Shown in pieces: positions 10,731 through 19,079 of a DNA stretch of 64,000 nt (position 1 is its first letter; each line of letters begins with the position of its first letter). Source of the stretch: Euryarchaeota archaeon UBA182 (GTDB taxonomy: Archaea > Thermoplasmatota > Poseidoniia > Poseidoniales > Thalassarchaeaceae); NCBI GenBank assembly GCA_002495675.1, contig DAGH01000023.1, positions 1,184 through 65,183 on the forward strand, in the 5' to 3' direction. The notes below the pieces were generated by a model. That model was not told the DNA's origin. It was given only the letters and a program-made list of their open reading frames with translations, and made no database searches. The position numbers were made by a program, and so were the translations under genes.

Positions 10731-12236
10731 TCATTGACTTGTGGCATAGTAACCGTCATCTGATTCTACCACTAGGCGTTGCTCGATCAGTCCAATGATG
10801 TGGGAGAGCGCTTGGTCCCTTGATAGCGCTATTGGGGCATTAGGCGTGTCTTTGTAAGCTTCTCTAGTTATTCCAGTCAGACTGCGAATGCCACCTTGGA
10901 TCGCTTTCAAAACCCTCTCATGCCTCTGTTTTCGATGATTGATAGTTCTGTCAAGCAGCCTATCTGGTGAGGCGCAAACTGGACCATGACTCGGGAAAAG
11001 GAGCTTGGGCTTGAAAGCCTTGAGACGTTTGAGACTGTCAAAGTATCTCGTCATAGAACCGTCTTTCGAGGGAACAAGAATTGTACCCACCATTGTCACA
11101 TTGTCCGCAGACAAGATCCCCATCTCGGAGACCAGCGAGACCATGCCCGGGCAGTGCCCCGGGGTCTCAATTACAGTCCAAGGGTATCCATCCAACAAGT
11201 CAATTACCTGACCATCCGCTATTTCAGTGCCGCCTCCTATTTCCTTGATAGTCTCAGCAGAAGCCAAAATCTGGTTGTCTAGCAACATTTTGATCATTGA
11301 TTGATCGCCAATGTGATCAGGGTGCTTATGGGTGTACAGTACCCCCATCACACTTTTACCCTCTTCGTGGATCTCAGACAGCCTCCTCCTGAGGATCTCA
11401 AACCCTTCCTCATTTTGGACCGCGGGATCCACGACTAGGATTTTCTTGCCCCTGCCGATGATGAAGCAATTGGTATGGGTGGCGGGGGGGAGAGTGGCCG
11501 TCGGTATTGGCAAGCACTCAACACCTGGTGCAAATTCTATCTTGTGCCGCCCTTTGGGGGTAATCTTTGACATCTTGGACAATGCCAATAGAACCCCCTC
11601 TCCGTCGATTTTCTCTTCAAGAATGTCTCTTACGAAAGTGACTTGAGGAGGAGCCATCCTTGCTCGTCCGCATTGCCACTCAGATAGCAATTCTTGAGGG
11701 GCCCACCACCTGAACTGGGTAAATTCACTTCTCCCGGGCGGGTGTTCCGGTTCTATGCCTGCCTTTCCAAAATGTATGTGATAAAATCTGTTGGTGTAGC
11801 GAACAGGCGCCAGAGGGGGCGTAGTTCGCTCGGTGACAAGGGAGGCCAATCGCTCGTCAATTGTAAAAATGCCCTCATCGATTGCCTTGGCCCAAGCCGT
11901 GCCGTCCTCACAGAGCCTTTCTCTAATTGAATCACCCACAACCATCCATTCACCACCAGCATCAAGAGCGAACCCAGTCTCTTCTGTCAGTTCTCTGAAA
12001 AGCGTCACAATCGAGGCACCGTCCACCCGATCCGCTCCAAAAATCCAACGACTCGCAAATTTTCTATCATGGGGGGAGACACCCCCTCCGGGAAAGGCCC
12101 AAAATTCAGGGAAGGTGGGAACTTCTGGATGTCTCAGCCCCATTAACATCTCAACATCCCCGTTTAGAGTCCGGGTGATCACAGCGCTAGAAGCAAGCCG
12201 AGGCTCCTTGGGAGCTCGATTTGAATAGCCATTCAC
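10731..12236 (-). CDS. Nudix hydrolase / metallo-beta-lactamase-fold hydrolase fusion protein
   Basis: The N-terminal part has a Nudix box remnant (FPGGGVSP...LFRELTEETGF). The C-terminal part has the MBL motif YTHKHPDHIGD plus ETPGHCPG and a C-terminal helical region. Confidence 0.75.
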   Translation of the reverse strand: MNGYSNRAPKEPRLASSAVITRTLNGDVEMLMGLRHPEVPTFPEFWAFPGGGVSPHDRKFASRWIFGADRVDGASIVTLFRELTEETGFALDAGGEWMVVGDSIRERLCEDGTAWAKAIDEGIFTIDERLASLVTERTTPPLAPVRYTNRFYHIHFGKAGIEPEHPPGRSEFTQFRWWAPQELLSEWQCGRARMAPPQVTFVRDILEEKIDGEGVLLALSKMSKITPKGRHKIEFAPGVECLPIPTATLPPATHTNCFIIGRGKKILVVDPAVQNEEGFEILRRRLSEIHEEGKSVMGVLYTHKHPDHIGDQSMIKMLLDNQILASAETIKEIGGGTEIADGQVIDLLDGYPWTVIETPGHCPGMVSLVSEMGILSADNVTMVGTILVPSKDGSMTRYFDSLKRLKAFKPKLLFPSHGPVCASPDRLLDRTINHRKQRHERVLKAIQGGIRSLTGITREAYKDTPNAPIALSRDQALSHIIGLIEQRLVVESDDGYYATSQ

Positions 12237-12285
12237 GCCTTATCCGAGCGTGCGGGGGTATCTAATCACTATGACTGAAAAAGGC

Positions 12286-14013
12286 TCACAGCGTTTGACT
12301 TCCGTCAGGCCTCCAAACCCTGCCCGCAGAGAGGCTTTCGTATACGGATTCGAACAGAATTCGATCCTTGACCTTCTTGTCTTCCGGTCGTTTTGACAGT
12401 GTCCTTAGTGGCATCGACATTCTGAAATTGCCCTCAAACGCACTCCTATGCCGTTCTAGGTAAGCCCAGTAGAGCGAGGATATGGGGCAAGTTTTCTTGG
12501 GGTCAAGAGAACATGATTTACAGTAATCCCCCATACGATTGATGTACGGAGTCCCCGATACGTAGGGCTTGGTCATCATAGAATCGCCAAGTGCATAGGT
12601 TCCCATGCCCAATACATTAGGCTCCACGACCCAATCGTATGCATCGATAAATGATGCGTGAAACCAGTCAGTAAGCTCTCTTGGATTCACATCTAGTAGG
12701 CTAGCAATGTTACTTTGAACCATCAGCCTAGGAATGTGATGGGTCCACCCATCTTCCATGACTGATTGAACAGTCTGATCGAGGCAGTTCAATCCTGATT
12801 TTTCACCCCAATACGCAACTGGAAGTTTACGATTCTGACTCAGGTGATTGGGGTTTTGATTTGGTTGTGCGCCATTACGCTTAGATTTCCACCACCCAGC
12901 GTCGTTCTCGATGTTGGGGGTCCTGTTTACCTCTAAATTCTGAAAGCCATCAGTCACCACGTGTACATGGTGAACGTATTCCCTCCAGACAATTTGTCGG
13001 ATGAAGCCCTCGACGCTATTCAGCGGGGCGTCCGTGGACAGTACCCGGTCAACAACATCCTTGGGAAGCAGCCTACTCAAATTTAGGATTGAGGCCAGCC
13101 TGCTGTGAAAGAGCCCCCTTGAGTATGTAGTCATGGCATCTTCATATTTTCCGAATAAAGGCAACACCGAAATTGCATATTCCAAGGCATCCTTCGCCTG
13201 GCCGATGGTCGTTGGCTGCGCAGAAAGGTCAGCCGACCCCGGATGCTCTTCAAATCTTGAGTTGACAAGTTCCTCCACCTCTAGGTCTATGCTGTCTCTG
13301 CTATAGGATGGAGGATCTGGAAGATCATGCATCCCGTCCCAAGGGGACCTGTTCTCGGAATCAAACGAATATTTTCCGCCAATAGGTTTGGAACCATCCA
13401 TCAATATGCCAGTTTCTTGCCTGAATTTTTGATAAAAGGGTGCCATCCTGAAAGGAGGCTTGGTTCCGAGTGCCTCTGTGAACCAATCGATGGGCGTAAT
13501 CCATCCTTTGTGGGGATGCTCAGTGAGCAGTCCTGAATCAACCAGAGGCGATAACTCATCTCGTGTGGATTTCTCGGCGGCCCTGATTGTGTGAATGACT
13601 CCCAAACCACTTAGATTTTGGAGTGCGTTTGAATAATTCTCCCTCGTTATGATATACGATATGGGGTGACCTTTTCTTTGGGCCTCAATTGCGAAGTGAC
13701 GCATGTTCGAAATCAACATTGCGATCTTTTGTTTGTGATATGGACGACTGGTACCCTTTGCAATTGACTCGATGAGAACGAGTCCAGTTTCGGTTGGACG
13801 CTCGTCATTGAAGGGTATCAACGATAGGTTAAGTTGGTCGTAGAGAAGAAAGACCCATCTCTTTGGAGAGGATTGAGCCTCTTCTCTGATGTAGGACAGG
13901 AAACCCTCCCCTCCCCGATCATCCGATGGACTGAGTTGTGAAACCACAGATTGTTGGGGACACCACCCCCAAATGAAATCCTGTAATGACCCACAAAGCC
14001 ATTTCATCTTCAT
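12286..14013 (-). CDS. Cryptochrome/photolyase-family protein of the FeS-BCP (bacterial (6-4) photolyase-like, COG3046) type
   Basis: 575-aa ORF. The N-terminal WVFLLYDQLNLS, central WREYVHHVH and WTHHIPRLMV, and C-terminal Cys cluster (YCKSCSLDPKKTCPISSLYWAYL) fit the photolyase-related, iron-sulfur-containing subgroup. Confidence 0.7.
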   Translation of the reverse strand: MKMKWLCGSLQDFIWGWCPQQSVVSQLSPSDDRGGEGFLSYIREEAQSSPKRWVFLLYDQLNLSLIPFNDERPTETGLVLIESIAKGTSRPYHKQKIAMLISNMRHFAIEAQRKGHPISYIITRENYSNALQNLSGLGVIHTIRAAEKSTRDELSPLVDSGLLTEHPHKGWITPIDWFTEALGTKPPFRMAPFYQKFRQETGILMDGSKPIGGKYSFDSENRSPWDGMHDLPDPPSYSRDSIDLEVEELVNSRFEEHPGSADLSAQPTTIGQAKDALEYAISVLPLFGKYEDAMTTYSRGLFHSRLASILNLSRLLPKDVVDRVLSTDAPLNSVEGFIRQIVWREYVHHVHVVTDGFQNLEVNRTPNIENDAGWWKSKRNGAQPNQNPNHLSQNRKLPVAYWGEKSGLNCLDQTVQSVMEDGWTHHIPRLMVQSNIASLLDVNPRELTDWFHASFIDAYDWVVEPNVLGMGTYALGDSMMTKPYVSGTPYINRMGDYCKSCSLDPKKTCPISSLYWAYLERHRSAFEGNFRMSMPLRTLSKRPEDKKVKDRILFESVYESLSAGRVWRPDGSQTL

Positions 14014-14057
14014 TTAATTGCGATAAGTTCTATTTTCCTAACCTACGAGATTTGGCC

Positions 14058-14423
14058 ATGCAAAACGCACTCCTCGTTGCCCTTGGGGGGGCGATCGGAG
14101 CCGTCCTTAGGTGGTCTGTGGAGTCAATTTCCCCAACATCCAGCATTTCGAGTGCCACCTTATCGATCAATCTGATCGGCTCATTCTGTCTTGGGGCTCT
14201 CATGGCTGGGTTTTCACTGGGCCATGCTTCGAAGGAAACCGTGCATTTGTTGGGTATCGGCCTACTTGGTTCATTCACGACCATGTCCGCGTACGCACTC
14301 CAGACAGTTGAGATCAGCAACTCTTCCGGCTTCACCTCCATGGCAATCTATGTTGTCTTGACATCGCTGGGATGTCCGTTGATGGCGCTGTCAGGTTGGA
14401 AACTCATGTCAGTATTCACATAA
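14058..14423 (+). CDS. crcB: Fluoride ion channel CrcB/FluC
   Basis: Four-TM protein of about 121 aa. MQNALLVALGGAIGAVLRW and GLLGSFTTMSAY match CrcB motifs. I moved the start to the ATG at 14058 so it no longer overlaps the divergent photolyase gene. Confidence 0.85.
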   Translation: MQNALLVALGGAIGAVLRWSVESISPTSSISSATLSINLIGSFCLGALMAGFSLGHASKETVHLLGIGLLGSFTTMSAYALQTVEISNSSGFTSMAIYVVLTSLGCPLMALSGWKLMSVFT

Positions 14424-14475
14424 CGACGATTCCCCGACTCCGTAGCGCTAAAACTGATCACTTCCTCCGGATCTT

Positions 14476-15324
14476 ATGGCCGAACTGAGGGCAGTGAATC
14501 ATGATGCCAAGACCAACAAGGAAATCTCAGGCATAGACATGCCTGTGATAGGACTCGGGGTTTGGATGATGAATCAACCCGGTGAGTGCCTTCAAGCGGT
14601 GACAGATGCAATATCAATCGGCTATAGATTGATCGATACAGCGAGGGCGTATGGTAACGAAAAGGAGGTCGGACAGGCTGTCAGGGACTCCAGCGTACCA
14701 AGGGATGAGATAACCGTCGTCACTAAGTTGAGGAGAGTGCATGCAGTTGGTTATGAGTCTACGATCGAAAACTGCAGACTCAGTTTGGAATTGTTGGGTT
14801 TGGAATATATCGACCTCTACCTGGTCCACGCTCCACCGGAGGACCCAACTGCAAGAGAGCCCGTTTGGAGGGCGATGGAGGATCTTCTTTCTGAGGGGAT
14901 GGTGAGATCAATCGGGGTGAGTAATTATGGTCTCCATCATCTAGAACATCTCAAAAGGTATGCTCGTGTACTGCCATCTGTTAACCAAGTTGAGTTAAAT
15001 CCCTGGATTCAGAGAAGAGAATTACATCAGGCAACTAGGGATATTGGAGCTCTGACGATGGCATATTCCCCATTGGCAAGGGGGCAAAAAGCACAGGATA
15101 GACAACTGGAATCTATGTGTGAGGGCCTGGGATTCACAGCTCCTCAGGCAGCAATCAAGTGGTGCATTGATAATGGGGCAATTGTTATCCCAAAATCCAG
15201 CCATCCAGGGAGGCAACTTGAGAACTTCCAATCCATGGATGTTGATCTCTCAAGAATAATCGATGAAATGAACAAGTTAGATTCCAATCATGTCTCTGGA
15301 TGGGACCCGACGGTGGAGCCATGA
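14476..15324 (+). CDS. Aldo/keto reductase (2,5-diketo-D-gluconate reductase-like)
   Basis: GYRLIDTARAYGNEKEVG, YIDLYLVHAP, SIGVSNY and the C-terminal IPKSSHPGRQLEN are AKR family signatures. Confidence 0.9.
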   Translation: MAELRAVNHDAKTNKEISGIDMPVIGLGVWMMNQPGECLQAVTDAISIGYRLIDTARAYGNEKEVGQAVRDSSVPRDEITVVTKLRRVHAVGYESTIENCRLSLELLGLEYIDLYLVHAPPEDPTAREPVWRAMEDLLSEGMVRSIGVSNYGLHHLEHLKRYARVLPSVNQVELNPWIQRRELHQATRDIGALTMAYSPLARGQKAQDRQLESMCEGLGFTAPQAAIKWCIDNGAIVIPKSSHPGRQLENFQSMDVDLSRIIDEMNKLDSNHVSGWDPTVEP

Positions 15325-15509
15325 GTGGCAAGAGGGACCCAGAAACAATCGAGGAGGAACTCGAACTAATTGCAGAGGCTATCAGGTTGGGAATAGATCC
15401 CTTTCCACCAAGACGAGAGCGTAACCGGGTGATGCGGCTGACTCTGGGTTGGTTCATGATCGTGATAATGATTTCATGGGTGTCCCAGTTTCTTTACAGG
15501 ACCCTTTGA
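15321..15509 (+). CDS. Possible small membrane protein (62 aa)
   Basis: Its ATG overlaps the AKR stop codon (ATGA), suggesting translational coupling. It has an acidic N-terminus and one C-terminal hydrophobic helix (LTLGWFMIVIMISWVSQFLY). I recognise no family. Confidence 0.3.
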   Translation: MSGKRDPETIEEELELIAEAIRLGIDPFPPRRERNRVMRLTLGWFMIVIMISWVSQFLYRTL

Positions 15510-15553
15510 GTTGAAAGGGAAAAAAGAAATGATGGAACCCCCTCCGGTGGACC

Positions 15554-15877
15554 ATGGCGAAATATATGTATTCAGGAAACTACACCTCGAAGGGTGCTGC
15601 TGGGTTATTGAATGACGGAGGCAAGGCAAGGCACGAGGAGGCCGAGAAAGCCGCCGCTTCCATGGGAGGCTCCCTAGAGGCATATTACTGGTGTTATGGG
15701 GAAATGGACTTCATGATGATAATCAACCTACCATCCGAAGAGATGGCAATCAAATTCTCACTACACGTCGGTGCCTCAGGCGTCTTCAACGGCAAATTGA
15801 CTCCTTTGATTACAGTGGACACCATGGAAGCCGCGACCTCCACAGAACTTCCGTTCATCAGACTACCAGGAGAATGA
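15554..15877 (+). CDS. GYD domain-containing protein
   Basis: 107 aa. The N-terminus MAKYMYSGNYTSKGAAGLLNDGG, followed by EAYYWCYGEMDFMMI, matches the GYD family pattern. Confidence 0.8.
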   Translation: MAKYMYSGNYTSKGAAGLLNDGGKARHEEAEKAAASMGGSLEAYYWCYGEMDFMMIINLPSEEMAIKFSLHVGASGVFNGKLTPLITVDTMEAATSTELPFIRLPGE

Positions 15878-15965
15878 GGCCCCCTTGTCGGCGGCGTGTC
15901 TATCGCCAACTCAGGATCTCTTTGTCAAATGCCCAGAGTCTCGGACGAACCAAATAGCCTCATCA

Positions 15966-16041
15966 TGGTAGTCCCGCCCGGATTCGAACCAGGGTCATGG
16001 CATCCAGAGTGCCATATGATGGACCACTACACTACGGGACT
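15966..16041 (-). tRNA. tRNA-Gln(CUG): tRNA-Gln (anticodon CUG), CCA encoded
   Basis: I folded the reverse complement AGTCCCGTAGTGTAGTGGTCCATCATATGGCACTCTGGATGCCATGACCCTGGTTCGAATCCGGGCGGGACTACCA by hand. It has a 7-bp acceptor stem with A1-U72, a TGGCA/TGCCA anticodon stem with loop CTCTGGA, a T-arm CCTGG-TTCGAAT-CCGGG, discriminator A and CCA. Confidence 0.9.
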
Positions 16042-16097
16042 TCTGGTAGTCGGTGAGTGGTTCTGTATTTCAACGAACCCATGTCAGTAGGTCCCCA

Positions 16098-17132
16098 TCA
16101 TCCACGGAATCTGGTCATTATCTCTTCGTGCCTTTCCCTGCTGGGGCGCAGCATGTCCTCGCTTAGGTCGCACAGAGGCGTATCGATGAGGCCCTGATCC
16201 TCGTCTGCAGTCGGCATATCCGTGTTGTGATGGAGCAATCCTGTAATGTGTTTCTTGTCCACTTCCGCCATGTGGAGTGCTGATATTGCGGCAGTTGGGT
16301 CCGTGTAATCATATTCGGTGGATAGCGTCTCCAGCCTCAGCACGCTGCCATCGAAAAGCTCCACGTCCTCGAATCCACCTTCAGGAATGTCCACCTCGTT
16401 CATAGGTTGGAAATGATGGATGTAATCGACGCCGTGCAGCTCTTCAGTCTGGGTCTTGACATACCCGTACGATTTGTAGGACTCATCGTTATTTGCAAAT
16501 GTGACGCACGGAGAGATAACATCGATCACAGCCATGCCGTTGTGGCTTAGTGCAGCTTTCATCAAAGACGTAAGCTGTTTTTTCGCTCCAGAGAAGGAGC
16601 GGGCCACAAATCCACAGCCCAAGTTGATGGCCAACTTGCACATGTCGATGGGAGGCTGTTCGTTGGGTGCTCCCTTTCGCTTCTTGGACCCCTTCTCAAC
16701 TGTAGCGGAATACTGTCCTTTGGTGAGGCCGTAGACGCCGTTGTTTTCGATGATGTAAACCATGTTCAGATTCCTGCGTATAGCATGGATGAACTGGCCG
16801 ATGCCTATGCTTGCTGAGTCACCATCGCCCGAAACACCGAGGTACACTAAGTCCTTGTTGACCATGTTGGCACCAGTGGTCACTGATGGCATTCTACCGT
16901 GGACTGTGTTGAATCCATGAGATTGGCCTAGGAAATATGCTGGCGTCTTGGATGAACAGCCTATCCCGCTCATCTTTGCTATTCTACTGGGCTCTATGCC
17001 ATTTTCCCAGCAGGCTTGGATTATGACTCCGGAAATTTGGTCGTGTCCACAACCGGGACAAAGAGATGATGGCCCCCCTGTGTAGTCGCTCTTGGGCCTG
17101 TCAATAACATTGAGTTTGATCACTTTGCTCAT
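16098..17132 (-). CDS. korB: 2-oxoacid (2-oxoglutarate/pyruvate):ferredoxin oxidoreductase, beta (TPP-binding) subunit
   Basis: N-terminal CPGCGH, the TPP motif GVSGDGDSASIGIGQFIHAIRRNLNMVYIIENNGVYGLTKGQ, and a 4-nt overlap with the alpha subunit gene. Confidence 0.9.
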   Translation of the reverse strand: MSKVIKLNVIDRPKSDYTGGPSSLCPGCGHDQISGVIIQACWENGIEPSRIAKMSGIGCSSKTPAYFLGQSHGFNTVHGRMPSVTTGANMVNKDLVYLGVSGDGDSASIGIGQFIHAIRRNLNMVYIIENNGVYGLTKGQYSATVEKGSKKRKGAPNEQPPIDMCKLAINLGCGFVARSFSGAKKQLTSLMKAALSHNGMAVIDVISPCVTFANNDESYKSYGYVKTQTEELHGVDYIHHFQPMNEVDIPEGGFEDVELFDGSVLRLETLSTEYDYTDPTAAISALHMAEVDKKHITGLLHHNTDMPTADEDQGLIDTPLCDLSEDMLRPSRERHEEIMTRFRG

Positions 17133-18931
17133 TGTGCCCTCTCCTTCAGAACCTCTAGTATTAGTTCGGCATATATTCTTGCTCTTGGTGGCATACCGTC
17201 AGAGTAAGCCACGCTCGATATTTTTGGTACTAGGTTTATTGGGAGCTCTTTCCTCAACACTCCGTAGAGTTGCCCATCTCTGTTTATCTCTAGGACTATC
17301 ACCCTATTGTGTCGTTCGATGAAGGCCTCAATGTCAGGGTGAAGGGGCACAGCCCTTACTCGGCACTGGCTCACTTTCAGGCCAGTTTCTTCGATGATGT
17401 CGTCGATTTCTTGTATTGAGTTTTCCATTGATCCCATGTAGATGATCCCCACATCTTGTTCGGCTTCCTCACGGATCACCGGCCCAGGCAGGTGTTTCCT
17501 AGCGTTGAATAATTTCCTCTTCAGGCGCATCATCAGTTTTTGATACACCTCTGGATCCTCACTGTATATTCCATCCTCATCATGACCGGTTCCCCTGTAT
17601 AATATGGGGTCTAACCCAGAACCTGGTAGCGTTCTGTAGGGAATTCCATCTCCGTCGACATCCCTGTATCTGCCATAGTTTTCGATTGCGGCCATCTGAT
17701 CGGCTGATCGGACGACTTTGCCTCTGTCTATTGGCTGGTCTGGATATTCAAAGCCACTGCAGACCCAGTTATTCATTCCCAAATCTAGGTCTGAGAAACC
17801 GAAAACTAAGGTCTGGAACCTCTCGGCATAATCGAAGGCCTTCCATCCGAACTCGAAGCACTCCTCGACAGTACCTGGGATGAGGACAATATGTTCGGTA
17901 TCACCATGGCTCGCCTCTCGAAGGAGGTTCAAATCCCCCTGTTGTGTTCTCGTAGGCAGCCCCGTGGAGGGCCCAACCCTGTTGACGTCCCAAATCACGC
18001 CTGGAACTTCTGCAAAGTATGCCAACCCGATGAATTCGGACATCAATGAGATGCCTGGGCCAGAGGTACATGTCATCCCCCTGCCTCCAGCCCAGCCTGC
18101 TCCGAGAACCATGCCTGCTGCTGCCAACTCGTCTTCGGCCTGCACCACGGCGCAGGTTGACATGCCGTCTTCTGTCTCTCTCAATTGTGGGAGCCAGTGA
18201 ATTATGCCCTCTGCAAGGGACGAAGAGGGTGTGATGGGGTACCACGATAGCATGTTGACTCCTCCGTAGATCGATCCAAGGGCGGCAGCTTCGTTCCCGT
18301 CGATGAGGAATGTGCCCTCTTTCTTCTGTCGAGCTTCAACAATGTGTGGACTTTCCCATGTGATTGCCTCTTCGGCCATCTTCCTGCCTTCCTCTATGGC
18401 TCTAAGATTGACTTCCACTGCCGTTTTCTTTCCTTTGAACTGCCTATTGACGGCCTTTTCAAGGGCGACCTGATCTATTCCAATCAGGTGCTGGATGATC
18501 CCGACGTAGTACATATTGGCAATCATCTTGGCCATTTTGGGATTTATTCCGCGTGCAAGCTTTGTCATCGGTAGCCCAAAAACTAGGCAATCATCGCGTT
18601 CAACTGGTAACTTCACATTCTCGTTATAGATGATAATAGAACCAGATTCGATTTTTTCTATATCCTTGAACCAGGTATCCGCATTCATCAGGATCTGGAT
18701 GTCGGTTTTGTCCCCGGGAGCCTGGTACCCCTGATCCGAAGCACGAATGATGAACCAGGTGGGGAGCCCAGAAATATTGCTTGGAAATAGGTTCTTTCCA
18801 CTGACTGGAACCCCCATCTCAAACATTGAGTTCAGGAGAATAAGGTTGGATGATTGGGATCCAGTCCCGTTGGCAGTTGCGACGTTGATTACGAAGTCGT
18901 TTATTGATACATCCATTTCGGGAATACACAT
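17129..18931 (-). CDS. korA: 2-oxoacid:ferredoxin oxidoreductase, alpha subunit (fused gamma-alpha type)
   Basis: 600 aa. N-terminal DFVINVATANGTGSQSSN (gamma-like domain), then GNEAAALGSIYGGVNMLSWYPITPSS and AEDELAAAGMVLGAGWAGGRGMTCTSGPG, typical of KorA/OorA. Met6 at 18916 is an alternative start. Confidence 0.9.
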   Translation of the reverse strand: MCIPEMDVSINDFVINVATANGTGSQSSNLILLNSMFEMGVPVSGKNLFPSNISGLPTWFIIRASDQGYQAPGDKTDIQILMNADTWFKDIEKIESGSIIIYNENVKLPVERDDCLVFGLPMTKLARGINPKMAKMIANMYYVGIIQHLIGIDQVALEKAVNRQFKGKKTAVEVNLRAIEEGRKMAEEAITWESPHIVEARQKKEGTFLIDGNEAAALGSIYGGVNMLSWYPITPSSSLAEGIIHWLPQLRETEDGMSTCAVVQAEDELAAAGMVLGAGWAGGRGMTCTSGPGISLMSEFIGLAYFAEVPGVIWDVNRVGPSTGLPTRTQQGDLNLLREASHGDTEHIVLIPGTVEECFEFGWKAFDYAERFQTLVFGFSDLDLGMNNWVCSGFEYPDQPIDRGKVVRSADQMAAIENYGRYRDVDGDGIPYRTLPGSGLDPILYRGTGHDEDGIYSEDPEVYQKLMMRLKRKLFNARKHLPGPVIREEAEQDVGIIYMGSMENSIQEIDDIIEETGLKVSQCRVRAVPLHPDIEAFIERHNRVIVLEINRDGQLYGVLRKELPINLVPKISSVAYSDGMPPRARIYAELILEVLKERAQ

Positions 18932-19079
18932 CCTTGCAAGCGTACATCAGCAGTGCGAGCGGGCCCTCGCTGTTGCATGAGGGACTTGAGTATTCCTGTC
19001 TCATAAACGATTCCAATACGAGAAAAATTCCAATCTCATCATCCGTCATCTTTTCATTCCAGACACCAGCCGAACGGCC

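Noticed and set aside
14014-14057. Fluoride riboswitch (crcB motif) expected upstream of crcB
   Set aside because: Only about 44 nt are available, and I could not find the conserved crcB-motif core. The space is too short for the aptamer.
15873-15966. 7-bp inverted repeat ATGAGGC...GCCTCAT bracketing the spacer between the GYD gene and tRNA-Gln
   Set aside because: The arms are short and about 70 nt apart, and I saw no additional structure or known motif. It is likely coincidental.
15896-16090. 64-aa plus-strand ORF
   Set aside because: It overlaps tRNA-Gln on the opposite strand and has no coding features.
18951-18966. Palindrome GCGAGCGGGCCCTCGC in the korA/cyclophilin divergent spacer, as a possible operator
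   Set aside because: It forms only a 5-bp stem with a 6-nt loop. That is too weak to distinguish from chance without comparative data.
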